A stretch of DNA of 63,629 nucleotides, the filler included, from Squatina squatina (Eukaryota): the NCBI GenBank assembly GCA_031763465.1. It is 3 parts of 3 records of this genome, joined end to end, with 100 filler letters (N's around TTAATTAATTAA, not from the genome) between each part and the next. Parts side by side here need not be neighbours in the genome. Positions count along the whole stretch, not along the records: positions 48,239 to 63,629 come from JARFOE010000091.1; 2 more parts are not named here. One strand, 5' to 3'. The first letter of the stretch is position 1, and every line of letters begins with the position of its first letter. The position numbers were made by a program, and so were the translations under genes. Shown in pieces: positions 61,890 through 63,629 of this stretch. The notes under the pieces are model-generated. The model made no database searches. It saw only the letters and a program-made list of their open reading frames with translations, and had not been told where the DNA came from.

Positions 61890-63629
61890 NNNNNNNNNNN
61901 NNNNNNNNNNNNNNNNNNNNNNNNNNNNNNNNNNNNNNNNNNNNNNNNNNNNNNNNNNNNNNNNNNNNNNNNNNNNNNNNNNNNNNNNNCGCTGGCTGTG
62001 GCAAGTGAATGGGTCGCTGGGCGTGCTGACAATGACCAGCTGGTGCTGCCTTCTGCCTGGCATCATCTTGGTGTGCCCTCATCTATCTCGATTCCAAAAA
62101 GAGGTGATTCCTCGACATGACTTACCTCATGTGGTGTTGGGAGAGGTCCTACTGCAAGATTAGTGATGGCCACCATGGCCGAATAGTCACATTAATGACG
62201 AAGCGACTAGGTCAGGCAAAGGTAAATATCAATGTCACTCATATCACTGCTCCTAAAGGACGCCATACCTGCACCTTCGTTCCCACTGCAACATTGGTGA
62301 TGCCCCCCATGACTGAATAGTCAAATCTGTGCAACTCAAAACTGGCCATGTAAAACAACTTTTGAAGGTAAATAAAATACTTTTGCACTTTTTAACACTC
62401 CCTACAACCCCAGTTACAAAAAAAATCACAATTTAAATAAATTACATTTTTACGCTCATTTATATGATAAACTTTTTTTCCCAACCGGGTGACACAGCCA
62501 AAAAAAACAGGCGGCATCACCGCTACTTTGAAAAAACTATCAGCTCATCTTAATTGTCGGGCAGCCGGTCATTCTCATGGATGCCACCTTGTGCCATACG
62601 TTGAGTTGCAGCGCCATTTTGTACGCCGTGCTAGGCCCCGACTAATTGCCCACTTAAGACAGAAAAATGGTGTTCGGGGTCGAACGCCGTTTTAACGACC
62701 AAGGAGGCTGAGCAGTAGGTTGGGCGCCCCTAATGTTTGCTAGGTTTAACAATCACAACAAATGACCTGATTAACATAAATCCTGTCTTGCTTTTGTAGA
62801 ATATTTCTCAGAACACCGATACCAATTTTGGAAAAACTTGAAGAGATTTTATTTCTCAAAGGCGTCATTCATTCTTTTGTTGATTTTATAAATGATCCAC
62901 ATTCTCGTATAATAACATGGCTAAACTCTCTGCTTTGCCACCAGCATAAACTAATCTTTTTATTACCAGTAATCCACACCTAAGCATGAGTGAATTGATA
63001 TATTTTGGTGGAGCGGAGGATTTAATTCATATTGAGCTCTGCAATCTTTGTCACCACCTTAAAATGAGTACTTTTGAAACTGGAGACGAGAAAAAGGATT
63101 TCAATAGGAAAAAAAATGAATTAAACCCTTGTACATGCAACAGAATCAATATTTGTACAATCGTGTTATCACATGTAACAGTCATATGATTTGGCGAACA
63201 ATGATTTATTTCTCTCAATTTTTTTCCTATTGCTTCCCTGCTGAAGCGGTTCGCCCTTGGTTGAGTGCAGTTCCACGGTTCCAGCCACGCTCTGGGTGGA
63301 TGCACTGGTTTGGTTTGAGTGGCCTTCCTCATCCATATTTACCATGTACCTTTCGGCACCCTATTGCACTGCACGGGCACCTCTACCTCCTGAGTTAACA
63401 GGAGATCAGGCCAGCGGTTTGGTTGTCACGGAAAACTGGAAAGAATTGCAGAACTGAAATCCCAAAACAGAGGTTCCATTTAATAAAAATCTTCCATTAG
63501 ATATATATGTAATTGTTGAACAGGTGGGAAAAGTGAACATTGAGTCATAAAGACCAGGATCTTTTATGAACTTTGCTTAACGAGAGTCAAGTGATCTTGT
63601 TTCAGTCTTGCACAATAGCCAGTATATTC

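Overview
Eukaryotic, repeat-rich vertebrate DNA. The repeat repertoire (Deu-domain tRNA-SINEs, CR1, L2 and RTE LINEs, Penelope-like terminal repeats, PIF/Harbinger remnants and a ~68-bp 'ACACTGTCCCATCAAACACTCCCAGG' tandem unit) points to a cartilaginous fish (shark or ray). The assembly is very fragmented: there are dozens of 100-N gaps, and two gaps carry an artificial TTAATTAATTAA linker (24785-24796, 48183-48194), so order and distance across gaps are unreliable. Two host-gene exons are recognisable: a 149-nt internal FAM98A exon on the minus strand (38219-38367) and the first coding exon of acylphosphatase ACYP2 on the plus strand (50930-50990). A possible unannotated minus-strand spliced gene has phase-compatible exons at 13118-13254, 419-538 and, more weakly, 5040-5132. 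Other points of note are a ~2-kb 52-bp satellite built around a 10-bp palindrome, decayed minimal hammerhead ribozymes in Penelope-like repeats, decayed Harbinger transposase and Myb/SANT genes, a family of GC-rich palindromic MITE-like elements, and AT-rich blocks that look like conserved non-coding enhancers. Nearly all ORFs in the supplied track are spurious or span gaps. There is no CRISPR array, rRNA or genuine tRNA gene, and I found no convincing wholly new biological system. Repeat boundaries are approximate, read by eye.
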